Below, piece by piece: positions 49,342 to 58,845 of a stretch of 64,000 nt of DNA. Source of the DNA: Xanthobacteraceae bacterium. Lineage in GTDB: Bacteria; Pseudomonadota; Alphaproteobacteria; Rhizobiales; Xanthobacteraceae. Numbering within the stretch: the first letter of the stretch is position 1; each line of letters starts with the position of its first letter. Made by a program: the position numbers and the translations under genes. A model generated the notes under the pieces. That model was not told the DNA's origin, did not search any database, and was given only the letters and a program-made list of their open reading frames with translations. Location of the stretch: assembly GCA_035509535.1 (NCBI GenBank), contig DATJLN010000102.1, positions 2,420-66,419 of the forward strand, written 5' to 3'.

Positions 49342-49974
49342 ATGCGTGCCGATCCAAAAACAATTCTCATGCGCAGCGCGGCTGCGGGCATGACCGTGCT
49401 CGCGCTGATGATTGCGCCGTCAGGCGGCAACGCCGCGGAACGCCCGCAATACATCGCGGTCGGCGCCATAACCCGCGCGCCCATCGGCTGGGTCGGGTTC
49501 TGCATCGAATACAATCCGGAATGCAAGACGACGCCGTCGGTGCCGCGCGACGTCGTGCTCTCCGCCGACGCCTGGAAGGATCTGCAGCGCGTTAATCTGT
49601 GGGTAAACACCAATATCAAGCCGATGACCGACATGGATCATTGGGGTGTCGTCGAACGCTGGAACTATCCCGACGACGGTTATGGCGATTGCGAGGACTA
49701 CGTGCTCGAGAAGCGCCGCATGCTGGTGAAGGCGGGCTGGCCGCGCGAGGCGCTGCTGATCACGGTGGTGCGCGATCACAACGGCGACGGCCATGCCGTG
49801 CTCACGGTCAAGACCGACAAAGGCGAGTTCATCCTCGACAACGAGACCGACGACGTCCTGCCCTGGACCGAGACCGGCTATCGCTTCGTGAAGCGCCAGT
49901 CGCAGTCCGATCCGAATACCTGGGTTTCGCTCGGCGACGGCAGCCCGGCGCCGGCCACCGCCTCGGCGCGCTGA
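49342..49974 (+). CDS. Periplasmic transglutaminase-like cysteine peptidase (BTLCP / Peptidase_C93, LapG-like fold)
   Basis: ORF 49303..49974. The ATG at 49342 is preceded by AAGGGG. A signal peptide is present. YGDCEDYVLEKRRML (Cys), DGHAVLTV (His) and FILDNETD (Asp) form the catalytic triad pattern. Confidence 0.8.
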   Translation: MRADPKTILMRSAAAGMTVLALMIAPSGGNAAERPQYIAVGAITRAPIGWVGFCIEYNPECKTTPSVPRDVVLSADAWKDLQRVNLWVNTNIKPMTDMDHWGVVERWNYPDDGYGDCEDYVLEKRRMLVKAGWPREALLITVVRDHNGDGHAVLTVKTDKGEFILDNETDDVLPWTETGYRFVKRQSQSDPNTWVSLGDGSPAPATASAR

Positions 49975-50106
49975 GCATGCGCACGCGAAAAGTCTAAGGC
50001 AACGAACGCAAGAACGCAGACAAGAACGCGGACAGGAAACACACAAGGAGCTACGCGACCCCGGTCACGTCCCCACCCCTCCCCGTCCCCAGACCGGGTT
50101 CGCGCG

Positions 50107-50141
50107 CGGCCAGCCTCCCCCAGGGCTGGCCGCACCTTTTT
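50107..50141 (+). terminator. Intrinsic terminator after the BTLCP gene
   Basis: gcggccagcc-tccccag-ggctggccgc (10-bp stem) followed by acc + T5. Confidence 0.75.
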
Positions 50142-50380
50142 GGGGTTCGGCGCAATCCGCATTGGCGGAATCGCCAGCCAATAGATTGGCGCGCAGTCCG
50201 CATAAACGCCGCGTAAAATAACGCACCTTGCGCGGCATTGCGCCACTCGCACGCGGGCCTTTGTCGGTTTGTTTGCATCACGCTCTCCGCTATCGTTGCC
50301 GACGGCGGCGGATCGCCGTCGAGAGCGCGCGCACCGGGACGGGCGCCCGTCGCTTTCGTATCAGGGGAGTCCAAAGCGGC

Positions 50381-53300
50381 ATGATTGCACTGGTGCGGAT
50401 CGCGCTGCGACGACCCTATACCTTCATTGTGCTCGCGCTCTTCATCCTGATCATCGGGCCGCTCGCGGCGCTGCGCACGCCCGTCGATATCTTTCCTGAT
50501 ATCCGCATCCCAGTGATCGCGATCGTTTGGCAATATACCGGCTTGCAGCCCGCCGACATGGCGGGCCGGATCACCACCCAGTCGCAACGCGCGCTGACGA
50601 CCACGGTCAACGACATCGAGCATATCGAGGCGACGTCCTATAACGGCCTCGGCATCATCAAGGTCTTTTTCCAGCCGAATGCCGACATCCGCCTAGCCAA
50701 TGCGCAGATCACGGCGATCTCGCAGACCCAACTCAAGCAGATGCCGCCCAATACGACGCCGCCGCTCATTCTCAACTACAATGCATCGACGGTTCCTATC
50801 ATTCAGCTTGCGTTGTCGGGCTCGGGACTGTCGGAGCAAGCGCTCGCTGATATCGGGCTCAATACGCTGCGCACGCCGCTCGTCACCGTGCCCGGCGCCG
50901 GCATTCCTCTGCCTTACGGCGGCAAGCTGCGTCAGGTCCAGATCGATCTCGACACCCGCGCGATGCAGGCCCGCGGCCTGTCTGGCCAGGACGTCGCCAA
51001 TGCGCTGGCGGCGCAGAACCTGATCACGCCGGTCGGCACGCAAAAGGTCGGCTCGTTCGAATACGCCATCGAACTCAACGACGCGCCGGCCGTCATTTCC
51101 GATCTCGGCGACCTGCCGATCAAGCGCGTCAACGGCGCGATCGTCTACATCCACGATGTCGCGCATGTTCGTGACGGCAATCCGCCGCAAACCAACATCG
51201 TGCACGTCGAGGGCAATCGCTCGGTGCTGATGCAGGTCCTCAAGAACGGCTCGGTCTCGACGCTCGCCATTATCGACGGCATCAAGCAAAAGCTGGCCGA
51301 GGTTCGGGACATTCTGCCGCCGGCACTGAAAGTCGCGCTGATCGGCGATCAGTCGATCTTCATCAAAGCCGCCGTCTCCAGCGTCGTCCGCGAAGGCGTC
51401 ATAGCCGCAGCGCTGACCAGCCTGATGATTCTCATCTTCCTCGGCAGCTGGCGTTCGACCTTGATCATCGCGACCTCGATCCCGCTGTCGGTGCTCGGCT
51501 CGATCGCGACACTCTCGGCGCTCGGCGAAACGCTCAACATCATGACGCTCGGCGGCCTCGCGCTCGCCGTCGGCATTCTGGTCGACGACGCCACGGTGAC
51601 GATCGAGAACATCAATTATCATTTGGAGCAGGGCAAGGAGGTCGAGACCGCCATTATGGACGGCGCCGCGCAGATCGTGACGCCCGCCTTCGTCTCGCTG
51701 CTGTGCATCTGCATCGTGTTCGTGCCGATGTTCTTCCTGCCGGGCGTGGCGCGTTTTCTGTTCGTGCCCATGGCCGAGGCCGTGATGTCGGCCATGGTCT
51801 GTTCCTTCATTCTGTCACGCACGCTCGTGCCGACCATGGCGAATTATCTGCTGCGCAAGCACGCGCCGCACACCGACATGCACGGCCTCGACGGTCCGCT
51901 GCCGCCGTCGCGCAATCCGCTGGTGCGGATACAGCGCGCCTTCGAGCGCAGGTTCGAGGCCGTCCGCCTCGTCTATCGCGACCTTCTGGCCATGGCGCTG
52001 CACCACCGCGCCGTCTTTGCCGGCGGTTTTCTCGCCGTCGTCTTCGGCTCATTCGCGCTGACGCCGTTCCTCGGCCGCGATTTCTTCCCGACGGTGGACG
52101 CCGGGCAGATTCTCATGCATGCGCGCACCCGCGTCGGCACCCGGGTCGAGGAAACCGCCGAGCAGTTCGCCGACATCGAAAAGGCCATCCGGCAGATCAT
52201 TCCGCCGGAGGAACTGTCGACGCTCGTCGACAATATCGGGCTGCCGACCAGCGGCATCAACACGACCTACAACAACAGCGGCACGATCGGCACGGCGGAC
52301 GGCGACGTTCAGATCAAGCTGAGCGAGGACCATCACCCGACCGCCGGCTATGTCCGCACCTTGCGCGAAGAACTGCCGCGGCGTTTTCCGGGCGTCACCT
52401 TTTCATTCCTGCCTGCCGACATCATCAGCCAAATCCTCAATTTCGGCGCCCCCGCCCCCATCGATCTGCAGGTCCGCGGACCCGACCTCGACGTCGATTT
52501 CGGCTACGCGCAAAAGCTGCTGCGCAAGCTCCGGCACGTTCCAGGGCTTGTCGACGCACGGATTCAGCAGTCGCTGGACAATCCGGCTCTCACCGTCAAT
52601 GTCGATCGCACCCGCGCCGAATTCGTCGGCGTGACGGAGCGCGATGTCACCAACAGCATGGTGGTCGATCTCGCGGGATCGAGCCAGGTCGCGCCGACCT
52701 ACTGGCTCAATCCCGATAACGGCGTGAACTACCCGATCGTGATGCAGACTCCGCAATATCAGATGGACTCGCTGAACGCGCTCGAGGACTTGCCGGTCAC
52801 CGCGGCCGGAGCGGCATCGCAAACGCTCGGCGCCCTCGCGACCATCTCGCGCGTGACCGCGCCTGCGGTCTATTCGCAATACAACATCATGCCGATGGTC
52901 CAAATCTACGGCACCACCCAAGACCGCGATCTCGGCGCTGTCGCCGACGACGTTCAGCGCATCGTCAACGACGGCGCGAACAGCCAGCCAAAAGGCGTAC
53001 AGGTCGCCCTGCTCGGCCAGGTTACGACCATGAACAGCGCTTTCGCCGGACTGCTGTTCGGCCTGTTCGGCGCCGTGGTGCTGATCTATCTTTTGATCGT
53101 CGTCAATTTCCAATCCTGGGGCGATCCGTTCGTCATCATCACGGCGCTGCCGGCGGCGCTCGCCGGCATCGTATGGATGCTGTTTGCGACCCATACCACG
53201 CTGTCGGTACCGGCGCTGACGGGCGCCATCATGTGCATGGGCGTGGCCACCGCGAACAGCGTTCTTGTCATCAGCTTCGCGCGCGAGCAGCTGGAAAAAA

Positions 53301-53575
53301 CCGGGGACGCCGTCGCGGCCGCACTGGAGGCGGGATTCGTCCGTTTCCGCCCCGTTCTGATGACGGCGCTCGCCATGATCATCGGCATGGCGCCCATGGC
53401 GCTCGGGCTCGGCGAAGGCGGCGAACAGAATGCGCCGCTCGGCCGCGCCGTCGTCGGCGGGCTGATCTGCGCGACCGTCGCAACGCTGATGTTCGTCCCT
53501 GTCGTGTTCAGCATCCTTCACGAGCGTCGCGGCAAGAGGACCGCCGCGGCGATTGGAGAGCCAAATGTCATCTGA
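50381..53575 (+). CDS. RND efflux transporter permease (AcrB/HAE-type)
   Basis: ORF 50228..53575. The ATG at 50381 is preceded by AGGGGAG. 1064 aa with an N-terminus ALRRPYTFIVLALFILIIG, a 12-TM architecture and two large periplasmic loops. Confidence 0.9.
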   Translation: MIALVRIALRRPYTFIVLALFILIIGPLAALRTPVDIFPDIRIPVIAIVWQYTGLQPADMAGRITTQSQRALTTTVNDIEHIEATSYNGLGIIKVFFQPNADIRLANAQITAISQTQLKQMPPNTTPPLILNYNASTVPIIQLALSGSGLSEQALADIGLNTLRTPLVTVPGAGIPLPYGGKLRQVQIDLDTRAMQARGLSGQDVANALAAQNLITPVGTQKVGSFEYAIELNDAPAVISDLGDLPIKRVNGAIVYIHDVAHVRDGNPPQTNIVHVEGNRSVLMQVLKNGSVSTLAIIDGIKQKLAEVRDILPPALKVALIGDQSIFIKAAVSSVVREGVIAAALTSLMILIFLGSWRSTLIIATSIPLSVLGSIATLSALGETLNIMTLGGLALAVGILVDDATVTIENINYHLEQGKEVETAIMDGAAQIVTPAFVSLLCICIVFVPMFFLPGVARFLFVPMAEAVMSAMVCSFILSRTLVPTMANYLLRKHAPHTDMHGLDGPLPPSRNPLVRIQRAFERRFEAVRLVYRDLLAMALHHRAVFAGGFLAVVFGSFALTPFLGRDFFPTVDAGQILMHARTRVGTRVEETAEQFADIEKAIRQIIPPEELSTLVDNIGLPTSGINTTYNNSGTIGTADGDVQIKLSEDHHPTAGYVRTLREELPRRFPGVTFSFLPADIISQILNFGAPAPIDLQVRGPDLDVDFGYAQKLLRKLRHVPGLVDARIQQSLDNPALTVNVDRTRAEFVGVTERDVTNSMVVDLAGSSQVAPTYWLNPDNGVNYPIVMQTPQYQMDSLNALEDLPVTAAGAASQTLGALATISRVTAPAVYSQYNIMPMVQIYGTTQDRDLGAVADDVQRIVNDGANSQPKGVQVALLGQVTTMNSAFAGLLFGLFGAVVLIYLLIVVNFQSWGDPFVIITALPAALAGIVWMLFATHTTLSVPALTGAIMCMGVATANSVLVISFAREQLEKTGDAVAAALEAGFVRFRPVLMTALAMIIGMAPMALGLGEGGEQNAPLGRAVVGGLICATVATLMFVPVVFSILHERRGKRTAAAIGEPNVI

Positions 53576-54785
53576 GACCGGTTCGCGCGAGACCGCCCCG
53601 GCGCCGCCTGCCCGATCCGTGTCGCGCCGGGCGCTGTGGATCGCCAGCGTCGTTGTCGCGACGCTTGCCGGTTTTGTCATCGTCATGGGCTTGGCGACAC
53701 GCCGCATGGCCGATGCGAAACTGCGGGAATGGACCGACGCGCAGGCGATTCCGGTGGTCGCGGTGGCGCCGCCCGATACCCACGGCCGGAACGGCACTTT
53801 CACGCTTCCGGGCCGGCTCGAAGCCTATACCCAGGCGCAGCTTTACGCGCGGGTGAGCGGTTATCTGAAAGACTGGAAGGCCGATATCGGCGCTTCGGTC
53901 AAGGCCGGCGATCTGCTCGCGGAAATCGACGCACCGGACCTCGACCAGCAGATCATGCAGGCCGAGGCCGAGCTCGCGGCCGCGCAAGCCAATGCGACGC
54001 TGGCGCAGACGACGCTGCAGCGCGGCCAACAGCTCATCGGCTCGGGCGCGGTGTCGAAGCAGGATCTCGACCAGCGCGCGGCGGACGCGTCCAACAAGCA
54101 GGGATTGGTCAGATCGGCCCAGGCCAATCTCGACCGGCTGCGCGTCCTTGAAAGATACAAGCGGATCACCGCACCGTTCGACGGCCTGGTGACGGCGCGC
54201 AACACCGATCTGGGCGCGCTGATCAATGCGGGTGCGGCCGGCGCGCCGCTCTTCGTCGTGTCCGAGACCAACAAGCTGCGAGCCTACGTCAACGTTCCGC
54301 AGAACTACGTGCCGAATATCAAGATCGGCACCAGCGCCCATATCACGGTGCCGGAATATGTCGGCCGGGATTTCCCCGCGACCGTGGAGGCCTCCGCGCA
54401 GGCCGTCGACGCGGCTTCCGGCACGACGCGGATGCTGCTCGTCGTCGACAATGCCAACCGCGAACTGATGGCCGGCGCCTATGCCAATGTCAGTTTCGAT
54501 CTGCCGCACCCTGAAGTCGCCATCAATGTTCCGGCAAGCGCCCTGATCTTCGACCACAGCGGCCTGCACGTGGCGACGGTCGACCGCGACAATCGGGTGG
54601 TCCTCAAGGATGTCCTGATCGCGCGCGATCTCGGGCGCGAAGTCGAAATCGGCAAGGGACTCACTCCCGACGACCGTATCGTCCAGAATCCGCCGGACGG
54701 CATCGCCTCGGGCGACCGGGTGCGCATTGCCGGCGCGGCGAATGCCGAAGGGCCGGTTGCGGATGCCGCGGTCAGTACGAAATGA
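53565..54785 (+). CDS. RND efflux periplasmic adaptor (membrane fusion protein)
   Basis: TM anchor, a coiled-coil hairpin (QAEAELAAAQANATLAQTTLQRGQQL), and ITAPFDGLVTARN, a lipoyl/barrel motif typical of HlyD-family adaptors. It overlaps the RND stop by 11 nt. Confidence 0.85.
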   Translation: MSSETGSRETAPAPPARSVSRRALWIASVVVATLAGFVIVMGLATRRMADAKLREWTDAQAIPVVAVAPPDTHGRNGTFTLPGRLEAYTQAQLYARVSGYLKDWKADIGASVKAGDLLAEIDAPDLDQQIMQAEAELAAAQANATLAQTTLQRGQQLIGSGAVSKQDLDQRAADASNKQGLVRSAQANLDRLRVLERYKRITAPFDGLVTARNTDLGALINAGAAGAPLFVVSETNKLRAYVNVPQNYVPNIKIGTSAHITVPEYVGRDFPATVEASAQAVDAASGTTRMLLVVDNANRELMAGAYANVSFDLPHPEVAINVPASALIFDHSGLHVATVDRDNRVVLKDVLIARDLGREVEIGKGLTPDDRIVQNPPDGIASGDRVRIAGAANAEGPVADAAVSTK

Positions 54786-54797
54786 CGTGCGGCGTGG

Positions 54798-55325
54798 TTA
54801 GCCGACCGGCTTCAACTGCTTCGCATATTGCTTGAATCGGCGGACATAGATGGCCGCGCCGCCGGCGATATTCTTGATGTCCTCGTCTTTGAGCGGCCGC
54901 AGCACGCGCGCGGGAGAGCCGACGATCAGCGAACCCGGCGGATAAGTCTTGCCCTCCGTGACCAGCGCACCGGCGCCGACCAGGCAGTTCTCGGCGATGC
55001 GCGCGCCGTTGAGCACGATCGCGCCCATGCCGATCAGGCAATTCGCGCCGACGGTGCAGCCGTGCAGAATGACGTTGTGGCCGACGACGCAATCCGGCCC
55101 GATGGTCAGCGGAAAGGTCGGGTCGGTGTGCAGCGTCGCATTGTCCTGGATCTGCGAGCGTTCGCCGAGTTCGATCCATTCATTGTCGCCGCGCAGCACG
55201 GCGCCGAACCAGACGCTGCTTTCGGGCTTGAGCCGCACCTTGCCGATCACGGTCGCGTTCGGCGCGATCCAATATTGGCCTTCGCCCGGCAGTTCCGGCT
55301 TATGCCCGTCGAGCTCGTAAATCAT
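54798..55325 (-). CDS. Gamma carbonic anhydrase family / hexapeptide-repeat protein (YrdA/PaaY-like)
   Basis: WIAPNATVIGKVRLKPESSVWFGAVLRGDNEWIELGERSQIQDNATLHTD plus left-handed beta-helix repeats. Confidence 0.85.
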   Translation of the reverse strand: MIYELDGHKPELPGEGQYWIAPNATVIGKVRLKPESSVWFGAVLRGDNEWIELGERSQIQDNATLHTDPTFPLTIGPDCVVGHNVILHGCTVGANCLIGMGAIVLNGARIAENCLVGAGALVTEGKTYPPGSLIVGSPARVLRPLKDEDIKNIAGGAAIYVRRFKQYAKQLKPVG

Positions 55326-55449
55326 GCTCCTCCACCATCATGCGCCTACGGCCGGGCACGGACGGCCCGGCTTCCACGTTACGCGATGGTTTTCCCCGAA
55401 GCGGCCGGAATTGCAAGCAGCTGAGCAGGCGGGCTCGGCGCCAACAGCC

Positions 55450-55794
55450 TTAAAGCACCGATTGAAGCGCCAGAACGACGACGGTCCCCGACATCAGGCT
55501 CCACAGGCCGGCGATGATGGTCGCGACCATGACCACCTCGCCGCGCCGGCGCTCCAAGCGCCGTCCGCGCAGCGTGTTGCGCATGATGATGAACGGGGCC
55601 GAGAAGATCAGCAGCGGAACGGCGGCAAAGCGCGCCGGCACCGGGCCGATTTCAAGGAGCCGGAAGCTCGGGAAATGGCTGAAGAACAACCGGAAGCCGC
55701 TGGCGCACGTGCCAGCGACGGCGAAGCCGAAGGCCAGCGCGAACAGAGATTGGATGGTCTCCGGCGCGAGTGCCGGCATGGTCGTGTGCAACAT
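55450..55794 (-). CDS. Hypothetical membrane protein
   Basis: 114 aa with three hydrophobic helices. No recognisable family. Confidence 0.5.
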   Translation of the reverse strand: MLHTTMPALAPETIQSLFALAFGFAVAGTCASGFRLFFSHFPSFRLLEIGPVPARFAAVPLLIFSAPFIIMRNTLRGRRLERRRGEVVMVATIIAGLWSLMSGTVVVLALQSVL

Positions 55795-55950
55795 CGGGCG
55801 CCTTCCGGTAGCTCAATCCCGTACGTCGTCGTGAGTTCGCACCAAGCCATTGCAGACGCCGCGGCTGGCCGCTACGAAATGCTTAAGGAAGGGTTAATAG
55901 GCAGCCGCGACATGCAGCCGCGACGTGCCGTCGCTTGAGGGATTTCACCG

Positions 55951-56574
55951 ATGTGTCTGACTGTCCGGGCCCTCTCGCGGGCGCTGCCCATAACTGCGGC
56001 CATAACGGCGGCTTTGACGGCGGTTTTGGCGCTGGCCGCGCCCGCCGCCGCGGCGACGCTGAACATCGTGGCCATCGGCGCCAGCAACACGACCGGTTTC
56101 GGCGTCGGCTCCGACCACGCCTATCCGGCGCTGTTGCAGGAGCTTCTTCGCAAGAAGGGTATCCACGCCAATGTCACCAATGCCGGCGTCAACGGCGACG
56201 TCACCGGCGGGATGCTGCGCCGATTGGACTCAGCTGTGCCCCAGGGCACCGACATCGTGATCCTGCAGCCCGGCGGCAACGACCTGCGCTTCTTCGGCAC
56301 CAAGGCGGCGCGCACCGCCAATATCAACGCCATGGCGGCGAGGCTGCACGCCCGCCATATCCGCGTCATCGTCTATGATCCGGACCCGGTGCCGCCGGAC
56401 TTCTACCAGTGGGACCACATCCACTTTAACGCCGCCGCGCATGCAAAAATCGCCGCGACCTTGGCGGCGCAGATCGTAGCGCAAGTCGCGGCGAAGGCTG
56501 TGGCGAGACCCGTGGCGCCCGCGCAGTTTCAGCCCGCCGCCAACGCGCCGCAAGCCGCGCCGCCCAAGCCGTAA
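55951..56574 (+). CDS. SGNH/GDSL hydrolase family protein (arylesterase-like), exported
   Basis: Signal peptide, then block I AIGASNT, block II NAGVNGD and block III QPGGND. Confidence 0.8.
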   Translation: MCLTVRALSRALPITAAITAALTAVLALAAPAAAATLNIVAIGASNTTGFGVGSDHAYPALLQELLRKKGIHANVTNAGVNGDVTGGMLRRLDSAVPQGTDIVILQPGGNDLRFFGTKAARTANINAMAARLHARHIRVIVYDPDPVPPDFYQWDHIHFNAAAHAKIAATLAAQIVAQVAAKAVARPVAPAQFQPAANAPQAAPPKP

Positions 56575-56694
56575 GACCGAAATCAAATCCCCGTGCGATA
56601 CTGCGCGTTGATTCGCCGGAGCATGATCCCGAAAAACGGGAACCGGTTCTTCGGAAAAGATCATGCTCAACGAAGATCGAGATGATCAGATCGC

Positions 56695-57462
56695 ATGACG
56701 GTCGACGCCGTTGAACGAGCAAGCCCACGCCGCCCGGCGCGCACCGGGACGCGCGAACGCGAGCGTTCCCGCCGTGTCCTTACCCTGCCCTTTCTCGGTC
56801 TGGTCCTGCTCGCCGCCGGCGCGGCCGGCGTCGTGTCCTATCTGCTGTGGCCGACCTGGCCGAGCACGCCGGTCAGCCTCGATGCGCCCTCGATTCCGGT
56901 CACGATCGACGGCGTCCTGTTCAATGTGCCGCCACGCGCGGTGCGCGAGAAAGTGCAGCGGCATCCCGGCCAGCAGGAGCGGATCGATCTCGCCTTCGAC
57001 TGGCCGTCACTGACGCCGCCGCAAACCGACGAGATCGACCGTACCAAGCCGCTCAGTCCGGAAAATGCCGCGGCGGAAGTCGCGGCCACCGAGAGCAGGC
57101 GCCTGTTCGTGACGATCGCGCCCTTGGGCGCGGTGCTGCCGCCGCTCGAGCGGCTGCGCACCATCTATCCGCGCTACGCCGAGAGCCAAGCGACGGCCGG
57201 CGCCGACGGGCTAGCCATCCTGCCGTTTCGCCCCGGCACGCCGTATGAGAGCGAAGACCTGGTCTATTTCGGCAGCAATCCCGAACAGTTCTATGCCCGC
57301 TGCACGCGTCCCGGACGCGCCGTACCCGGCACCTGCATGCAAGAGCGCGCCATCGGCAGCGATGTCGTGACGTTACGCTTTCCGCGCGACTGGCTGTCCG
57401 ATTGGCGCAATGTCAACGCCGGCTTCGACCGCCTGATCGCGCAATTGCATCCTGGGAATTAG
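56695..57462 (+). CDS. Conserved hypothetical membrane-anchored protein
   Basis: 255 aa. Arg-rich N-terminus, one TM helix (LPFLGLVLLAAGAAGVVSYLLW) and a periplasmic body. No family recognised. Confidence 0.55.
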   Translation: MTVDAVERASPRRPARTGTRERERSRRVLTLPFLGLVLLAAGAAGVVSYLLWPTWPSTPVSLDAPSIPVTIDGVLFNVPPRAVREKVQRHPGQQERIDLAFDWPSLTPPQTDEIDRTKPLSPENAAAEVAATESRRLFVTIAPLGAVLPPLERLRTIYPRYAESQATAGADGLAILPFRPGTPYESEDLVYFGSNPEQFYARCTRPGRAVPGTCMQERAIGSDVVTLRFPRDWLSDWRNVNAGFDRLIAQLHPGN

Positions 57463-57503
57463 GGGCGTTGGGGCGCCTTCGACGCCGTGAACTAAAGACG
57501 CGG

Positions 57504-57526
57504 ATGGCCGGAACAAGTCCGGCCAT
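57504..57526. terminator. Hairpin between convergent genes (possible bidirectional terminator, no U-tract)
   Basis: atggccgga-acaag-tccggccat: 9-bp perfect stem with a 5-nt loop. Confidence 0.4.
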
Positions 57527-57536
57527 GACGCAAGTG

Positions 57537-57746
57537 CTATTCCAAATCGGTACCGAGAATGGCCATCTGGAAATTGTATGAACGCTCATCGTCCTCGTCG
57601 TCGACGAACAGGACGCCGACGAATTCCTCGCCGATATAGACTTCGGCGGAATCCTCTTTCTTCGGCCGCGGCACCACGCGGATGCGGGCATTGCCGAACA
57701 GCTTTTTCAGATAGGCGTCGAGCTTCCTGACTTCTTGAACGTCCAC
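57537..57746 (-). CDS. DUF3126 family protein
   Basis: 69 aa. LDAYLKKLFGN..IRVV.RPKK.DSAEVYIGEEF.GV...DDEDDERSY.F.M is the DUF3126 pattern. It lies adjacent to cysE, as is common in alphaproteobacteria. Confidence 0.75.
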   Translation of the reverse strand: MDVQEVRKLDAYLKKLFGNARIRVVPRPKKEDSAEVYIGEEFVGVLFVDDEDDERSYNFQMAILGTDLE

Positions 57747-57876
57747 CGCGTGTCTCCTGGCGCCTTCGCCGAATGATCAAACAATAACCGGCATGCCGCA
57801 TAGCACTTCGCGCGGCGGATTTGAAGTTAAACTCCGGACAGAACCTTGTGCGCGATTTGCCGCCGCGCGTTACGCG

Positions 57877-58692
57877 TTAAATGTCGTTACCGAAGATCTG
57901 GTCCATGGTGCGCGCGGGATCGGGGCAACCGGCGACGCCCACGACCTTGGCCGGCACGCCGGCCACGGTGACATTGTTCGGGACCGGCTTGACCACCACG
58001 GAGCCCGCGGCGATGCGCGCGCAATGGCCGACTTCGATATTGCCGAGAATCTTGGCGCCGGCGCCGATCATCACGCCGTAGCGGATCTTCGGATGCCGGT
58101 CCTCATGCTCCTTGCCGGTGCCGCCGAGCGTCACGTCGTGCAGGATCGAAACGTCGTCCTCGACCACCGCCGTCTCGCCGACCACGAGGCCGGTGGCGTG
58201 GTCGAGGAAAATGCCGCGGCCGATCTTGGCCGCCGGGTGAATGTCGCACTGAAGCACGCTTGACGCGCGGCTCTGCAGATAGAGGGCAAAATCGCGGCGG
58301 CCCTTGTTCCACAGCCAATGCGCCAAACGATAAGTCTGGATGGCGTGGAAGCCCTTGTAATAGAGCACCGGCTCGATGAGCCGGTGCGTCGCCGGATCGC
58401 GGTCGACCGTGGCCATGATGTCGGCGCGGAACGCCTCGCCGATTTCGGGCGTGTCCTTGAGCGCGTCGGCATAGGCCTGCCGGATCAAGTCACTCGATAC
58501 GGCGGCATGATCGAGCCGCTCGCCGAGCCGGTGGGCGACCGCGGCTTCGAGCGTGTCGTGGTGCAGGATCGTCGAATAGATGAAGGTCGCGAGCGCGGGC
58601 TCGCGGCGGACGGTTTCTTCAGCCTCGCGGCGGAGCCGCTCCCAAACCGGATCGACGGTGTCGACCGCCGGTTTCGCCTGATGTTGCGCCAT
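57877..58692 (-). CDS. cysE: Serine O-acetyltransferase
   Basis: ORF 57877..58770; ATG at 58692. SATase N-terminal helices, plus DIHPAAKIGRGIFLDHATGLVVGETAVV and hexapeptide repeats. Confidence 0.9.
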   Translation of the reverse strand: MAQHQAKPAVDTVDPVWERLRREAEETVRREPALATFIYSTILHHDTLEAAVAHRLGERLDHAAVSSDLIRQAYADALKDTPEIGEAFRADIMATVDRDPATHRLIEPVLYYKGFHAIQTYRLAHWLWNKGRRDFALYLQSRASSVLQCDIHPAAKIGRGIFLDHATGLVVGETAVVEDDVSILHDVTLGGTGKEHEDRHPKIRYGVMIGAGAKILGNIEVGHCARIAAGSVVVKPVPNNVTVAGVPAKVVGVAGCPDPARTMDQIFGNDI

Positions 58693-58845
58693 CCGATATC
58701 TCCCCGACCGATCGCCTACCAGAACAGCGTGACGTTCTATCATATTGGGCAGCGGCACCCCCGAATCCAAGGGGCGGCCCTAAAAACCGCCTAACTCGGC
58801 CAATGACCGAAAAAATAAGCCATTGGCTCAGTGACTTATTGCCGC

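Noticed and set aside
50149-50244. An 8-bp inverted repeat, GGCGCAAT ... ATTGCGCC, about 80 nt apart upstream of the RND gene, plus repeated ATTGGCG / CCGCAT words. It could be an operator or a leader structure.
   Set aside because: The arms are short and widely spaced, GC-rich 8-mers recur by chance in this genome type, and no regulator gene is adjacent.
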